A stretch of 64,000 bases of DNA from Octopus sinensis (taxonomy: Eukaryota). Positions within the stretch are counted from its first letter, which is position 1, and every line of letters begins with the position of its first letter. This document shows, one piece after another, positions 1 through 11,280 of this stretch. The DNA is taken from NCBI RefSeq assembly GCF_006345805.1, contig NC_043017.1, positions 27,032,001-27,096,000 of the forward strand. The letters are read 5' to 3'. Below the pieces are notes generated by a model. That model ran no database searches and was not told where the DNA came from. It saw only the letters and a program-made list of their open reading frames with translations. A program made the translations under genes and the position numbers.

Positions 1-75
1 TCTGTGACCAATTGTAAATGTAAAATCGGTAATCAAATATAACCCATGAGAATTCTACCAGGATAAATCCTAGAT

Positions 76-255
76 CAGTGCTCCAAGACCCTTTTTGTCA
101 CTTGCGGTACACGTATCAAAATTTGACGTCACACCTGTACTAAAAATAAAGCTAAAAGTATATGGACAAAAATTATATTCAGGTTACGCTGCGGCACACC
201 AGGCATCATCTTGGTGGCACACCAGAGTGCCGCAGCATGCCGGTTACAGACACTA
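76..255. mobile_element. Probable hAT-type MITE (degenerate)
   Basis: Starts CAGTGCTCC and ends ...GACACTA (degenerate CACTG). The subterminal GGCACACCAG..GTGCCGCAGCATGCCGGTT is typical of hAT/Charlie-like MITE ends. The 8-bp flanks TCCTAGAT/ACCTGTAT match at 5/8. Confidence 0.45.
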
Positions 256-437
256 ACCTGTATATTTTGGCAACTTTTGGATGCATTTATCTTTTCTACA
301 TCAAATAATTGGTTGTTATAACGAAAACAATCGTGGTGAAGTTCGATGGTCATCACGATAATAAAAATGAAATTGCAAATAATGATTGATCCCAAAACAA
401 TCTAAATACCAATTATTCAATCTTGATAACATTCTTT

Positions 438-646
438 TCTACTCTAGGCACAAGGCCCGAAATTTTGGGGGATTGTGCCAGTCGATTAGAATCACCCCAG
501 TACGCAATTGGTAGTTAATTTATCGACCGCGGATGATCAAAGGCAAAGTCAACCTCGGCGGAATTTGAACTCAGAATGTAATGACTGACGAAATGCCTCA
601 AAGCATTTTGTCCGGCGGGCAAACGTTTCCGCCAGCACAACGCCTT
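438..646 (-). mobile_element. tRNA-derived SINE family A, diverged copy with alternative 3' tail
   Basis: Reverse complement matches the family A body (GAGTTCAAATTCCGCCGAGG..CTTTGCC..TAAATTAA.TACC) but ends in AAATTTCGGGCCTTGTGCCTAGAGTAGAAAAGAA. Confidence 0.85.
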
Positions 647-745
647 CATATACACACATTCATACCCTACGGTGTTCGAAGTGGTAACTGCATTATACGG
701 CAACATGACAATCGTAGACAACGCTATTACGTTTATATATATAAA

Positions 746-833
746 CGTAAACACACCAGCATCGGTTGTCAAAACATGTTGGTGGTACAAACACAGAAAC
801 ACAAACATACACACACACACACACGCACACATT

Positions 834-865
<32 letters not shown>

Positions 866-1031
866 CACATATATACGACGGGCTCCTTTCAGTTTCCAAA
901 TTCACTCACCAGGCTTTGGTCGGCCCGAGGCTATAGTAGAAGACGCTTGCCCAAGGTGCCACGTAGTGGGACTGAACCCGAAATCCTTTGGTTCGTTAGC
1001 AATCTACTTACCACACAGCCACTCCTACACC
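746..1031 (-). mobile_element. tRNA-derived SINE family B (head, internal microsatellite, partial tail)
   Basis: Matches the full copies at 18532 and 37121 (GGAGTGGCTGTGTGGTAAGTAG..GGTTCAGTCCCAC..CTTGGGCAAG..) with an internal (TA)n(TG)n. Confidence 0.9.
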
Positions 1032-1318
1032 TCTTTAATATTTACAAAATATTCATGTAATGTTCAGAAAATACTCGTGGGCTAGATGTGAGCTTCGTAA
1101 ACATATTATCCGCTGCGTCTTTGAGTACGATACTTCGTTACCAGGTTATTTCCGTACACCAATGTAAAACTGATTACATCTTGTGCGTTAAAGTTTAAAA
1201 TGCATCTGATCGTGAATTTGTTCATAGTGGAGTTTTCTACTCTATACTCAAGGACCTTCAAATTTAATAAGATACAGCCTGAGGAACCTAATGTCTGAAG
1301 GTAGAACTTAACTTTGTT

Positions 1319-1755
1319 TATTATTATTATTATTATTATTGATTAAGAGAGCAGTGCATGCCATGAAAGTGACAATGGGGTAAAACATACGAAGCCCAGT
1401 ATACCCATCATGACAACCCGTCTGATAAGGGTACATGCATCACAACCATATGTGCACATGATGATCTCATATAAAGATAAACAACGCATGACCTTGCAGG
1501 TGGGGCCGAGTTAAAAAATTTTTTATGTTCGAGTAGCCCATCCCGCTCAAAAGGTCCTTGAATAAGGGTTGTTTAATGATGTTGAACGAAACACCCATGT
1601 CTCCAGAGGTGAATTATTCAAACCCCAAAGAATCCGTCTCAACACATAGCTATGATGCTTCCCCACAACTTCTGCTCATGATCAGAGATGCACATATCGT
1701 CAGCCACTAAGGGACATGCTCAACTGGTTAAGGTCAAACAACTGACAAGCAAATT
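1319..1755 (-). mobile_element. 3' end of an interspersed retroposon with (TAA)n tail
   Basis: GC-richer ~410-bp block abutting a (TTA)n run at 1319-1340. I recall it as a common octopus repeat, but the family is unassigned. Confidence 0.45.
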
Positions 1756-2544
1756 ACAGCACTTATTGACAGTGTGCTATAAGTGTAAGAGAAGGGCACG
1801 CTATTAGTTGACACAAAGTATTTTGTTTCGGTTTATAATATTGATGGTGTCTTATGTCGCTCATTGTATTTTGTGTGAAATTACAATATGATACGTTACA
1901 CATATAAATACACATATACGCACGCACATACTCAAAGAGGCACACATACGTAGGCATACACACACATATGTATATAAATGTTTACCTCTGATTGCCTGTA
2001 TGTATGTGTGTGTGTTCGAAAGTGTGCATGCGAATGTGTAAGTATCAATATATTTTGTTCACGTAATCGTGCGTAAGTACAACTTGATGTTTATATCATA
2101 TTACTGTCGCCAACAGAACGTATTGACTGGCTCCGTATGAAGACAATTATTTGCATAGAATCCCTCTGATAGATAACATTATCAATTTGAAATTTCATTT
2201 CAAGAAGAGGAACGAAATTAAAATAATATACGTTTAGAAACAAACTTACTCCACGTTTAAGTGACAGCTATTTTAACATGTTAAGTCTCAGCGATTGCTT
2301 AATCCGTGTATTTGTAGATAACTAAAGATATAATTTCAAAACATGTTGTCTTCGTAGCAAATGTAGTTATTGTTTAACTATAGAAGTTATCGTTTAGCTT
2401 CGAAGCTATAAACAGACGTATGATAAAAGTAATATTGTTACAATGGTTACGCCAACCTCTCTTGCATCTGGATAAAATATTAAGAATTTTCATAGGGTGA
2501 GACAATATACTGTTTAGCTATGAATAAAAAAAAAGTTGGAGAGG

Positions 2545-2905
2545 CTAGTCTCAGCCATGTGGTAAGAAAGCCCCTTCTCAATAATATCGAACCATGTTCA
2601 GCACCACTCCATGCCAAGTTGCGTAATTGTTTTTTAAGATAACTACTCTATGACCAAAGACTTACGAGCGGTATTTTTTAAGAGAGATAATAAAAGGAAC
2701 TCTTCGAGTTTATGTGCCTGTGTATGTGTATTTGTGTGTGAGTGCGTGTGTGGCGTGTTTGTGCGTGTGGGTGTGGGTGCGTGTGTATGTGTTTGTGTCT
2801 GTGTGTCCTTCACAAAAGATTGTTAACAGACAAGCTTCAAAAATAAATACTGGGGTTTCTACGTTTGATACAAGTTCTTTAAATGGTAACCCAGCATGGC
2901 TGCTT
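2545..2905 (+). mobile_element. Highly degenerate SINE family B copy
   Basis: Remnant head (GCCATGTGGTAAGAAAG), internal TG microsatellite, and tail remnant (AATAAATACTGGGG..CCAGCATGGC..GACTAAAACAAG). Confidence 0.55.
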
Positions 2906-3043
2906 TCTGCTGACTAAAACAAGACAAAGGTATCCATAAATTACGTTCTGTCTTCGAATTACATACCAGTGGCAAACTGAAGACGATGTAAATGAGTAAT
3001 ACCCTCCACCAAAATTTCAGACCTTGTGCCTTTAGTAGAATGG

Positions 3044-3081
<38 letters not shown>

Positions 3082-3102
3082 AATAGTAGTAGTATTATTA
3101 TT

Positions 3103-3160
<58 letters not shown>

Positions 3161-3166
3161 CAGCAG
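3044..3166. repeat. Compound (ATT)n(AGT)n microsatellite
   Basis: Direct reading. It follows the alternative SINE-A tail TTTCAGACCTTGTGCCTTTAGTAGAA. Confidence 0.95.
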
Positions 3167-3762
3167 CTAGTTGTCTTCAATAAATTAGTGTTTCAAGGAA
3201 ACGTGTGTGTTCCCCGGTCACATGACAATTTGCCCCTACACAAAAGCGTTGTTTTATCATTTTCACGTTTACAGTTGAGCATCGCGAAAACGAAGTCTCA
3301 TTTTATTTTTGATCAACTAATATACTGCGTGCGGATTGAGTATGAAAGCCATTGATTTCCATTTATCGTTTTTTGACAATTGAGAATTCTATGTGCAATA
3401 GAAATATCGTGGATGTATTTATTACCATAAACGTTACTATTGTGGTGACTACACCAAGGCTTTTACATAAGACGAAGGTTTGTAGCTTTCTGTTGCATGA
3501 TTGTTTTAGCTGTGAGCCATACTATGATATAATGAAAAATAATTGTATGATTTCTTATAGTTTTATCAGTTAAAAACAATTGTAAGTAAATAGCTGATGA
3601 TTTCATTTAAGGCTATAACATATGTAGCCTTAAATGAAATTTTGGGGTTTGAAAATGTGTATCCCTGCTCGGTTCACAATGGCTGGTGTGTAAAAAACAA
3701 TACTGATAAAAACTGATGTTTTCATTGTTTGTTTTTTGTTAGGCATTAAGGTATATATATAT

Positions 3763-3992
3763 ATTTCTTTACTGCCCACAAGGGGCTAAACACAGAGGGG
3801 ACAAACAAGGATAGACAAAGGGATTAAGTCAATTCCATCGACCCCAGTGCGAAACTGGTACTTTATTTATCGATCCCGGAAGGATGAAAGGCAAAGTCGA
3901 CCTCGGCGGGATTTGAACTCGGAACGCAACGGCAGACGAAATACGGCTACGCATTTTGCGCGGCGTGCTAACGTTTCTACCAGCTCGCCGCC
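3763..3992 (-). mobile_element. tRNA-derived SINE family A, full length
   Basis: Reverse complement begins GGCGGCGAGCTGGTAGAAACGTTAGCACGCC, has B-box-like GAGTTCAAATCCC, central GCCTTTCATCCTTCCGGGATCGATAAATAAAGTACCAG (MetaSINE-like domain, from memory), and tail GCCCCTTGTGGGCAGTAAAGAAAT. Confidence 0.95.
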
Positions 3993-4160
3993 TTTGGTAT
4001 ATCTCACGTATATGTTAGTGAAATGTAATGCATTTTTGAATCTATATAAATTTTATTTAAGCACAACTCATCTGTTTGATTATTTATCATACAACCTGCT
4101 TTGCACAAATGAATAGTTGTGTTTTCAAGCACACAGAATCGACGTATAAATTATGAATGA

Positions 4161-4552
4161 CTAGCAGTATCGCCCGGCGTTGCTCGGGTTTTTAAGGGAA
4201 ATAACTATATAAGCATTTTTAGAGAGTTATAGCCGAAAACTAGCCAAAAAAATGCATTAAAAATGGAAAAGAAATGATGGTAATTTTTGTTTTAAAATCG
4301 TTGACTCATCGTACACATTTTTAGAGAGTTACTTCTCTTATATAATAGCGAAAAAATGCATTAAAATGGAAACAAATGATGGTAATTTTCTTTTTAAATC
4401 GTAGACTCACCGTAGACGCGCGCTAATACCCTGAAGGGCTCGATATGAATCACGACTATAAGAAACCCGGTTTTGGTTAAACTGCACCGAAAAATGTGGG
4501 AGTAGTTAGGAATCTAAATCGTAGGAGACAGACAGGCTTTTATATATAAAGA
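4161..4552 (-). mobile_element. Non-autonomous Helitron
   Basis: The minus strand starts TC after A (4553) and ends with hairpin CCCGAGCAACGCCGGG plus CTAG followed by T, i.e. an A|T target with no TSD. A near-identical copy lies at 55487. Confidence 0.9.
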
Positions 4553-5969
4553 TATCCATATTCGGCTGAGTAAAATTCTAATAGAGGTTGGATTCTACTT
4601 CATATTGCAAATTACTTATCATAACCACAGGACAATCTACGCTCTGAATCATTCGTAGTTCTCTTGTCATTGACGTTGCATTCTTAAAATTTAGTGACTG
4701 TTGTGTTGGGACGACTAATTTCTGGTCAACGTCACCTGCACAGTTGAATTCATACCTGGATCTACAACAGGACATTGATATATTTCTTATTTGGGTGATG
4801 TCGAAGCTTATTGATGATACGAATAAATCTTGTATTGGTTCATTAATTCAACTCAATTATCAATTTCATTTAACATATTAACGTACAGAATTATCAAGTT
4901 TGCAGTTGCTGGAACCGAGACCATTTCTGTGAATGCTTAATTCGAGGAACATCTTCATCGAAAAGTTTTGCTCAGAGACAAATGCTGTAACTAATTACTA
5001 AGTCGATGAATACATTGTCTCTCAAAACTTCTCTTCTATCCTTTTCATTCACCGAGGTTACTGTGGTCTTTTCCATAGGCTTTTCTTTCCACGGTTAAGC
5101 CTCACCCGTCTTCCCCTTTACACTTTATATTGACATTTCTGTGATAACGATCCCTATTGATCGATTTTTTTCTTTTTCCTTTTATCCCCCCCCTTTTTTT
5201 GCTTTTGCTTTCCTCTTTCTTTCCTTTTACGATCTCTTTTGATCGAAAACCAACCCCCCTTTTTTATCCCCAAAAGAAAAGATCTACCTTGTAATTTGCC
5301 CCGACTGTGTGCAGCCCTGTGTGGCTAATAAATAAACATATCCTTGCTCTGAATCCGTTTTCTTTCTAGACTGACTGATCGCTACATTAACCATCCACTA
5401 TTTATGTTTTGTCGTTTTGTATTGTATACTATGAACCAATCTCGGCTGACATGTTTACTGCTGCTGACTTCTGTAACATTAAAACGGTCATTCACCGCCA
5501 CAGTTACTTCTTGTTTCGCTCTCCCACACATGTTCTACATCTATCTATATTCGAAGCTGCATGATATATTAATAATATGATAGTTTATATAAAGAAGACT
5601 AAGGATTCTTCACAAAACGAAATCCGAGCTGCCAAGTAGAATACCATACACAACATGCGATACAGGTTCGCCTTATGCTTACATCAATACTTCAAGTGAA
5701 AGAGGACGGTAGTATATGGAATTATAATTATAATGTAGGGAATGGGATCAAGATGAACGATGTTTATTTGACTAATGTAGATTGAGCGATTGTAATATTC
5801 CTCAGGCAGAATAAATTATAATATTGTTTCTAACCTGTTGCATGACTGATTACATTTACATGCTAATTTTGATTTGTAGTACAACGAATATATGAACATC
5901 AATATAAATTGCTTAACATTTTTACTTATGTACCTATGTATAAATGCACATGCACAGACACAAACACAC

Positions 5970-6016
<47 letters not shown>

Positions 6017-6063
6017 CATACATTTACAGACATGCAACTGCATGTTCATATGTATGTGCATAT

Positions 6064-6122
<59 letters not shown>

Positions 6123-6169
6123 CGAGAGAGAGAGAGAGAGAGGTAGATAGATAAACAGTTAGACGTATA

Positions 6170-6208
<39 letters not shown>

Positions 6209-6374
6209 GTGAAGTAAAACAATGTAGCAACACCAAATGGCGGTGCCCAAGCATGGCCACAGCTCGTGAGCTGAAACTAGAATCAATCAATCAATCAATC
6301 ATATATATATATAATATATATTACATCATGTATCGGGTGCCTATACATACGTTTATATATGTATTTATATATAT

Positions 6375-6604
6375 ATTTCTTTACTACCCACAAGGGGCTA
6401 AACACAGAGGGGACAAACAAGGACAGACAAAGGGATTAAGTCGAATACATCGACCCCAGTGCGTAACTGGTACTTAATTTATCGATCCCGAAAGGATGAA
6501 AGGCAAAGTCAACCTCGGCGGAATTTGAACTCGGAACGTAACGACAGACGAAATACGGCTACGAATTTCGCCCGGCGTGCTAACGTTTCTACCAGCTCGC
6601 CGCC
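6375..6604 (-). mobile_element. SINE family A, full length
   Basis: Near-identical to 3763-3992 and 54102-54332. Confidence 0.95.
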
Positions 6605-6894
6605 TTTATGTATTTATATATATGTTCGTATATGAATGTGTATGTGCGTGCGTGTATGTTTGCTTTCATAGCAGTAATGCCGTTTAATAAATGTTGCTTA
6701 CTGCAAGTTATGGATGATTCTTTTATGACTTCATTGTTTTCAGGCTTAGCTTAAGGTATTTTCGCACCCGACATCCCAGAATGTGACTGAATAAACATTG
6801 CCGGACAGCAAATAGAAACTGGGACATTGCTTAGAAACTATTTTTCATTTTTAACTTCGTATATAGTACGCACTAGGGATTTTGACCTCGGGGA

Positions 6895-6927
6895 AAAAAT
6901 GCGGATTATACTCGGGGATTTACGGTA
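6895..6927. mobile_element. Lone TIR-like end of a Tc1/pogo-type MITE
   Basis: AAAATGCGGATTATACTCGGGGATTTACGG|TA; the reverse complement TACCGTAAATCCCCGAGTATAATCCGCA resembles Tigger/pogo termini. No partner end seen. Confidence 0.35.
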
Positions 6928-6996
6928 TAAACAAATGTTTCGGGAGTAAACATGAACATACGTAATCTCGTTTTTCTTTCCACTTTTCTCTCACAG

Positions 6997-7056
6997 ATGT
7001 GACATAATGTGCTTCACATGTCATTATGCAGATATCTGTTGGTAAAGGAAACATAC
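6997..7056 (+). other. Candidate exon (unverified)
   Basis: Strong acceptor (TTTTTCTTTCCACTTTTCTCTCACAG|). Donor at 7057 (GTAAGT, 60 nt, stops in all frames) or at 7042 (GTAAAG, 45 nt, open CDIMCFTCHYADIC). Confidence 0.35.
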
Positions 7057-7526
7057 GTAAGTATTGGATGACACCTCTCATGCCTTCTTTTGAAATATGG
7101 AAACAAGATTATTTTCAAGACATTTATAGTACATGCTAAACATACACAAATGCACTGTACTGGTAATGCGACCTGAAATGTGACTAAAAAATGAATAAAT
7201 ATAATAGAAAAATAGGAAACAAAGTTCTCTTTAGAAATAATGGTTCGAAAAATACTGTCAACCAGTGGTATAGGCAGACAGCGATATTATTTAATGGCAT
7301 GACTTTTTTGAGAACCATTCAAAACTAAGGAAAGAGGACATATATTGCAATTATTGTGATAGTTACATTTGAAAGGTTTTTCACTATTTTCGAGATATTA
7401 TACAATAGAACAGATCTGGTGTTATTATGTTTATAAAAACCTGAAAATATTTCTTATCACAGTTTTCTTTACAAAGTATTTTTAATAGATGAATGTACAA
7501 ATAATATTTTGCCATTTGTCATATGC

Positions 7527-7569
<43 letters not shown>

Positions 7570-7667
7570 TGTGTGTGTGTGTGTGTGTGTATGTATAACA
7601 TATGTATATATATACACACACATATATATATATGTGTATATATATATGCATATATATATGTTTATGG

Positions 7668-7701
<34 letters not shown>

Positions 7702-7704
7702 ATA

Positions 7705-7749
<45 letters not shown>

Positions 7750-8501
7750 CAAACACATAAAACAACACACACACAAACACATATGGGGTGCACGCATGTA
7801 CGGATTGTTTGTCTATGTATACATTTTTTATGCTTGTATTCCAACATTTTAGTAAAGATAATGGAGGGTTTCACATTTTTTTCGTATTTTGTTTTTTACA
7901 TTTTTGAAGAAACATGTATCTCTTTTATATTTTTCACCTCTATTCAACCACCATACGGTGAGAGAGATCGAAACAACTGACTAACATGCTAAATATCTTT
8001 CTTTTTTTTTTCTATTACTAACAATATTTTAAACGTGATATCGCCATTATATGCTACACTTGTAAATACGACAAACAATGCTTCATGTGTCAAACGGGTA
8101 GAAACAGTGTAAATGGGATACAGTCATGGCATTCGAATCTATACTAACTACACAATGTACTTGATGTAATGTAATTTAACAATGAAACTAGTATTTAGAA
8201 ATACATAAATATTCCTCGTCTGCGTTATATGTATTATACTGTTGATATCGGTAAGCGAGGGTAAATGTTTAAGACTCCCAACTTAAAAGGGTGTTCACGT
8301 TCGGTGCCACTTTGCGGCATTTGGGTGAATGTTGTCCATAATTGACGCGGGCGCAAGCGTTGCAATGTGACATATCAGAGCCTTATTGTTATAGGTGCGT
8401 GCATTGAAAGCAATGGTCTTCCGTACAATGTTCGTCTAATAGATTTGCTCACAAAAGACAGGGAGACATACATAAACGCCACACACACACACACACACAC
8501 A

Positions 8502-8538
<37 letters not shown>

Positions 8539-8559
8539 CATACATATGGCTTACTCGCT

Positions 8560-8655
8560 TAGCCAGCGGGTTGGCGTCATTTGAAGGCTAAAACAATGCA
8601 AAGCGCATTGTGACCAGCGATGTGTAACAACATCTGATAGCCTGGTCGGTCATGG
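8560..8655 (+). mobile_element. SINE 3' tail fragment
   Basis: GAAGGCTAAAACAATGCAAAGCGCATTGTGACCAGCGATGTG..GGTCGGTC followed by (GGT)n; recalled as an octopus SINE tail. Confidence 0.45.
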
Positions 8656-9039
8656 TGGTGGTGGTGATATATACATATATATATATGTATCTGTGTATAT
8701 ATATATACATATATACATACATATGTATATATAAATATATACGTATGTACGTGTGTATATATCTGTGTATGTATATATAGGTGAAGTGTTGGTAACAAGC
8801 TTGCTTCCCTCCCCCATGACTCCCGGTTCAATCGCACAGGGTGGCATCTCAATTTTTGTGCTATAAGGAGAATAATTTTACTTTAAATTAAAGGAATACT
8901 TACTAGATTTGTTATTTAACAAAATTATTTTTCATTCTATTCTATAACAAATACAGTATCGACAGTGACTTCGAAGGTTCGGGCAGCTAGAGCAACATCG
9001 TACAAATGGTGACTCAGCTTGCCGAAACTTGGAAGATAC

Positions 9040-9078
9040 CATCACTCTCATTCTATATATATATGCATGTACATATGT

Positions 9079-9109
<31 letters not shown>

Positions 9110-9255
9110 GTCCCGGGTTGATTCGGGGTTAACCACAGTAAATAAGGTACTCAATAAATAAGTAAATAAGTAAATTACAGTAATTATATAATAAATATAT
9201 AATAAATATATATATATATAATATATATATAATAAATATATATATATATATATAT

Positions 9256-9306
<51 letters not shown>

Positions 9307-9415
9307 ATATTTGTATATATACATGTATATTATATATATAGATATATATATATTATATATATTTATATAATAATATATATATTATATATATATTTAATAT
9401 ATATATATAATATAT

Positions 9416-9461
<46 letters not shown>
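9040..9461. repeat. Imperfect (TA)n microsatellite
   Basis: Direct reading; interrupted by a ~70-bp unique insert at ~9108-9180. Confidence 0.95.
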
Positions 9462-9464
<3 letters not shown>

Positions 9465-9551
9465 TAAGGGTGAGAAGCAACACACGAGTTGATATATATG
9501 AAAAAACAAGTCAAAATAGAAAATGCTTAAATAATTTTATAAAGAACATTT

Positions 9552-9589
9552 CAGTACCGGTTTCGGTCATTTTGAGACCTTTTCAACTG
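9552..9589 (-). ncRNA. Type I hammerhead ribozyme, U3:A8 core variant
   Basis: CAG-UUGAAAA-GGUC(UCAAAAU)GACC-GAAA-C(CG)G-UA-CUG. Stem I CAG/CUG, stem II 4 bp, palindromic stem III ACCGGU, GUA triplet. C3U and G8A changes are compensatory. Confidence 0.75.
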
Positions 9590-10232
9590 TAACAATTAAA
9601 TAATTAAATTTAGAAAAATTAGAAGAAAAGTTTTTTTAAAGGAATATTTGTATAGTAGTGTTCAAATATAAGTGGCATTTTCCTTGTTTCTGCCTTTCTC
9701 TGACTCTCTTGTTTGCACTTGTGTGTTCGAGGTCGTTGTGAATTCTTGGTAGGGTAGGAGAAGAAGAAGGCTGAAGAGGAGAGGGGGAGGAAAAATTTGG
9801 GAGTGCCTTGCTTGTTGTATTTTGAATGGTCAGTGACGGCTAGCAGTTGCAGTTCAATTCAGGAGAATATTTCTATTGAGAGGTTTGTTTATGGAATTTG
9901 CGTAGGTGTTTTACTAAAAAGCATTAGTGATAAAGTTAGAGATAGAAGGTGGAGAAGAAGAAGAAGAAGAAGAAGAAGAGAAGAAGAAAGAAGAAAGAAG
10001 AAGAGAAGAATGACGAATTTTATGATGATGAGTGATGAAGAAGAAGAAGAAGAAGAAAGAGAAGAGAAGATGATGATGATGATGGTGGTGAATTCACAAC
10101 GACCTCGAACACACAAGTGCAAACAAGAGAGTCAGAGAAAGGCAGAAACAAGGAAATGCCACTTATATTTGAACACTACTATACAAATATTCCTTTAAAA
10201 AAACTTTTCTAACTTTAATTATTTAATCGTTA

Positions 10233-10270
10233 CAGTTGAAAAGGTCTCAAAATGACCGGAACCGGTACTG
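10233..10270 (+). ncRNA. Hammerhead copy with core mutation (GAAA to GGAA)
   Basis: Inverted twin of 9552-9589, but reads GACC-GGAA-CCGGUA (A13G), so probably inactive. Confidence 0.6.
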
Positions 10271-10384
10271 AAATGTTCTTATAAATTATTTTAGCATTTT
10301 CTATTTTGACTTGTTTTTTCAATATATATATATATATATATAATATATATAGAATATATATATAATATATATATAGTATATATA

Positions 10385-10570
10385 GGGTGAATTCACAAAA
10401 GAAACACGAAGTTAGGTGGTGTAGACACAAAACAGCTGTATTGGTATAACGCTCGGGCATTGAACGAGTCTTTAACGTTTCGAGCCTACGCTCTTCCACA
10501 GAAAGGAACACAGAAAGAAACAAGGAGAGAAAATAAAAGAAAGGGTAGGGGCTAGCGATCTCTCATGGCG
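10385..10570 (-). mobile_element. Short PLE-type (pLTR-like) repeat with minimal HHR-like motif at 10470-10505
   Basis: Minus strand CUUU-CUGUGGA-A-GAGC(GUAG)GCUC-GAAAC-GUU-AAAG. Homologous copies at 30817 and 47529/47973. Begins at a (TA)n edge. Confidence 0.65.
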
Positions 10571-10991
10571 AATACACACAGACACACACAAATATATATT
10601 GTTAGTAAACCATAAAGCCCCAAAGAAGCACACTATAAGTTATAGAGCAGTTGAATAGTTACAGTTAGATATGGCCGGTTTAGCCGGTTTAGAGATACTC
10701 TGGATAATGGAAGAGTCTTTTGGGTCCCAGCGCCAGCAGGAAGTTGATGAAGTGCGAAGTAATATCTTCTGCCAAAGTGGGAACCACAAACCAATATTGT
10801 CGCTTATAGATAGCGGTCAAAATGAGTAAATCGCTTGTTGACAAATCGGAAGGGAAACTTTTCTTCTTCCATTTTCCAGAGAGTACATAGCGCAACGGGT
10901 TTAGGGGTGGCAAAAACGCTGCAAAGCTAAGAGCTTTATCGATGTGAAATCCCGGGTAAACTCATAATCCGGAAACGTCTGTTCATTACCT

Positions 10992-11041
<50 letters not shown>

Positions 11042-11074
11042 GCAATATATATATATAGATATATATAGATATAA

Positions 11075-11280
11075 AGTTAATCCAAACACGAAAACACAAA
11101 AAAACACAACAACGCGAGGACGTGGAAAAAATATAGTATTATTGGACGCTCAGGAAAGACGGAAGGAATGAGGGTTTTAAACGTTTCGAGCAGGGCTCTT
11201 CGTCGGAAACATAGGAGAAGGAAAGATCCAGATAAGGGAAGAGAGAGGAAAAAATCGACAACGGTACACACGAGGTCACA
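11075..11280 (-). mobile_element. Second short PLE-type repeat with HHR-like motif at 11174-11210
   Basis: Minus strand GUUU-CCGACGA-A-GAGC(CCU)GCUC-GAAAC-GUU-UAAAAC; adjacent to a (TA)n tract. Confidence 0.55.

Larger units (their letters stand above)
9500..10320. mobile_element. Fold-back PLE-derived element: inverted arms 9500-9745 and 10090-10320
   Basis: The arms are near-perfect reverse complements apart from one ~15-nt indel, and each carries an HHR motif. The spacer has a minus-strand remnant RKFH..KYSPELN (9852-9902) resembling a GIY-YIG C-terminus, plus (GAA)n/(GAT)n. Flanked by (TA)n on both sides. Confidence 0.8.

Noticed and set aside
581-1085. Recurring peptides such as GSFQFPNSLTRLWSARGYSRRRLPKVPRSGTEP and MRNWYFIYRSRKDERQSRPRR
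   Set aside because: These are read-throughs of SINE families B and A that recur wherever the SINEs occur; not genes.
4616-4760. Minus-strand open segment GDVDQKLVVPTQQSLNFK..VDCPVVMI with possible AG/GT ends
   Set aside because: Weak splice signals and no recognisable homology.
10689-10913. GC-richer block with open frames on both strands
   Set aside because: No motif recognised and no convincing splice pair.
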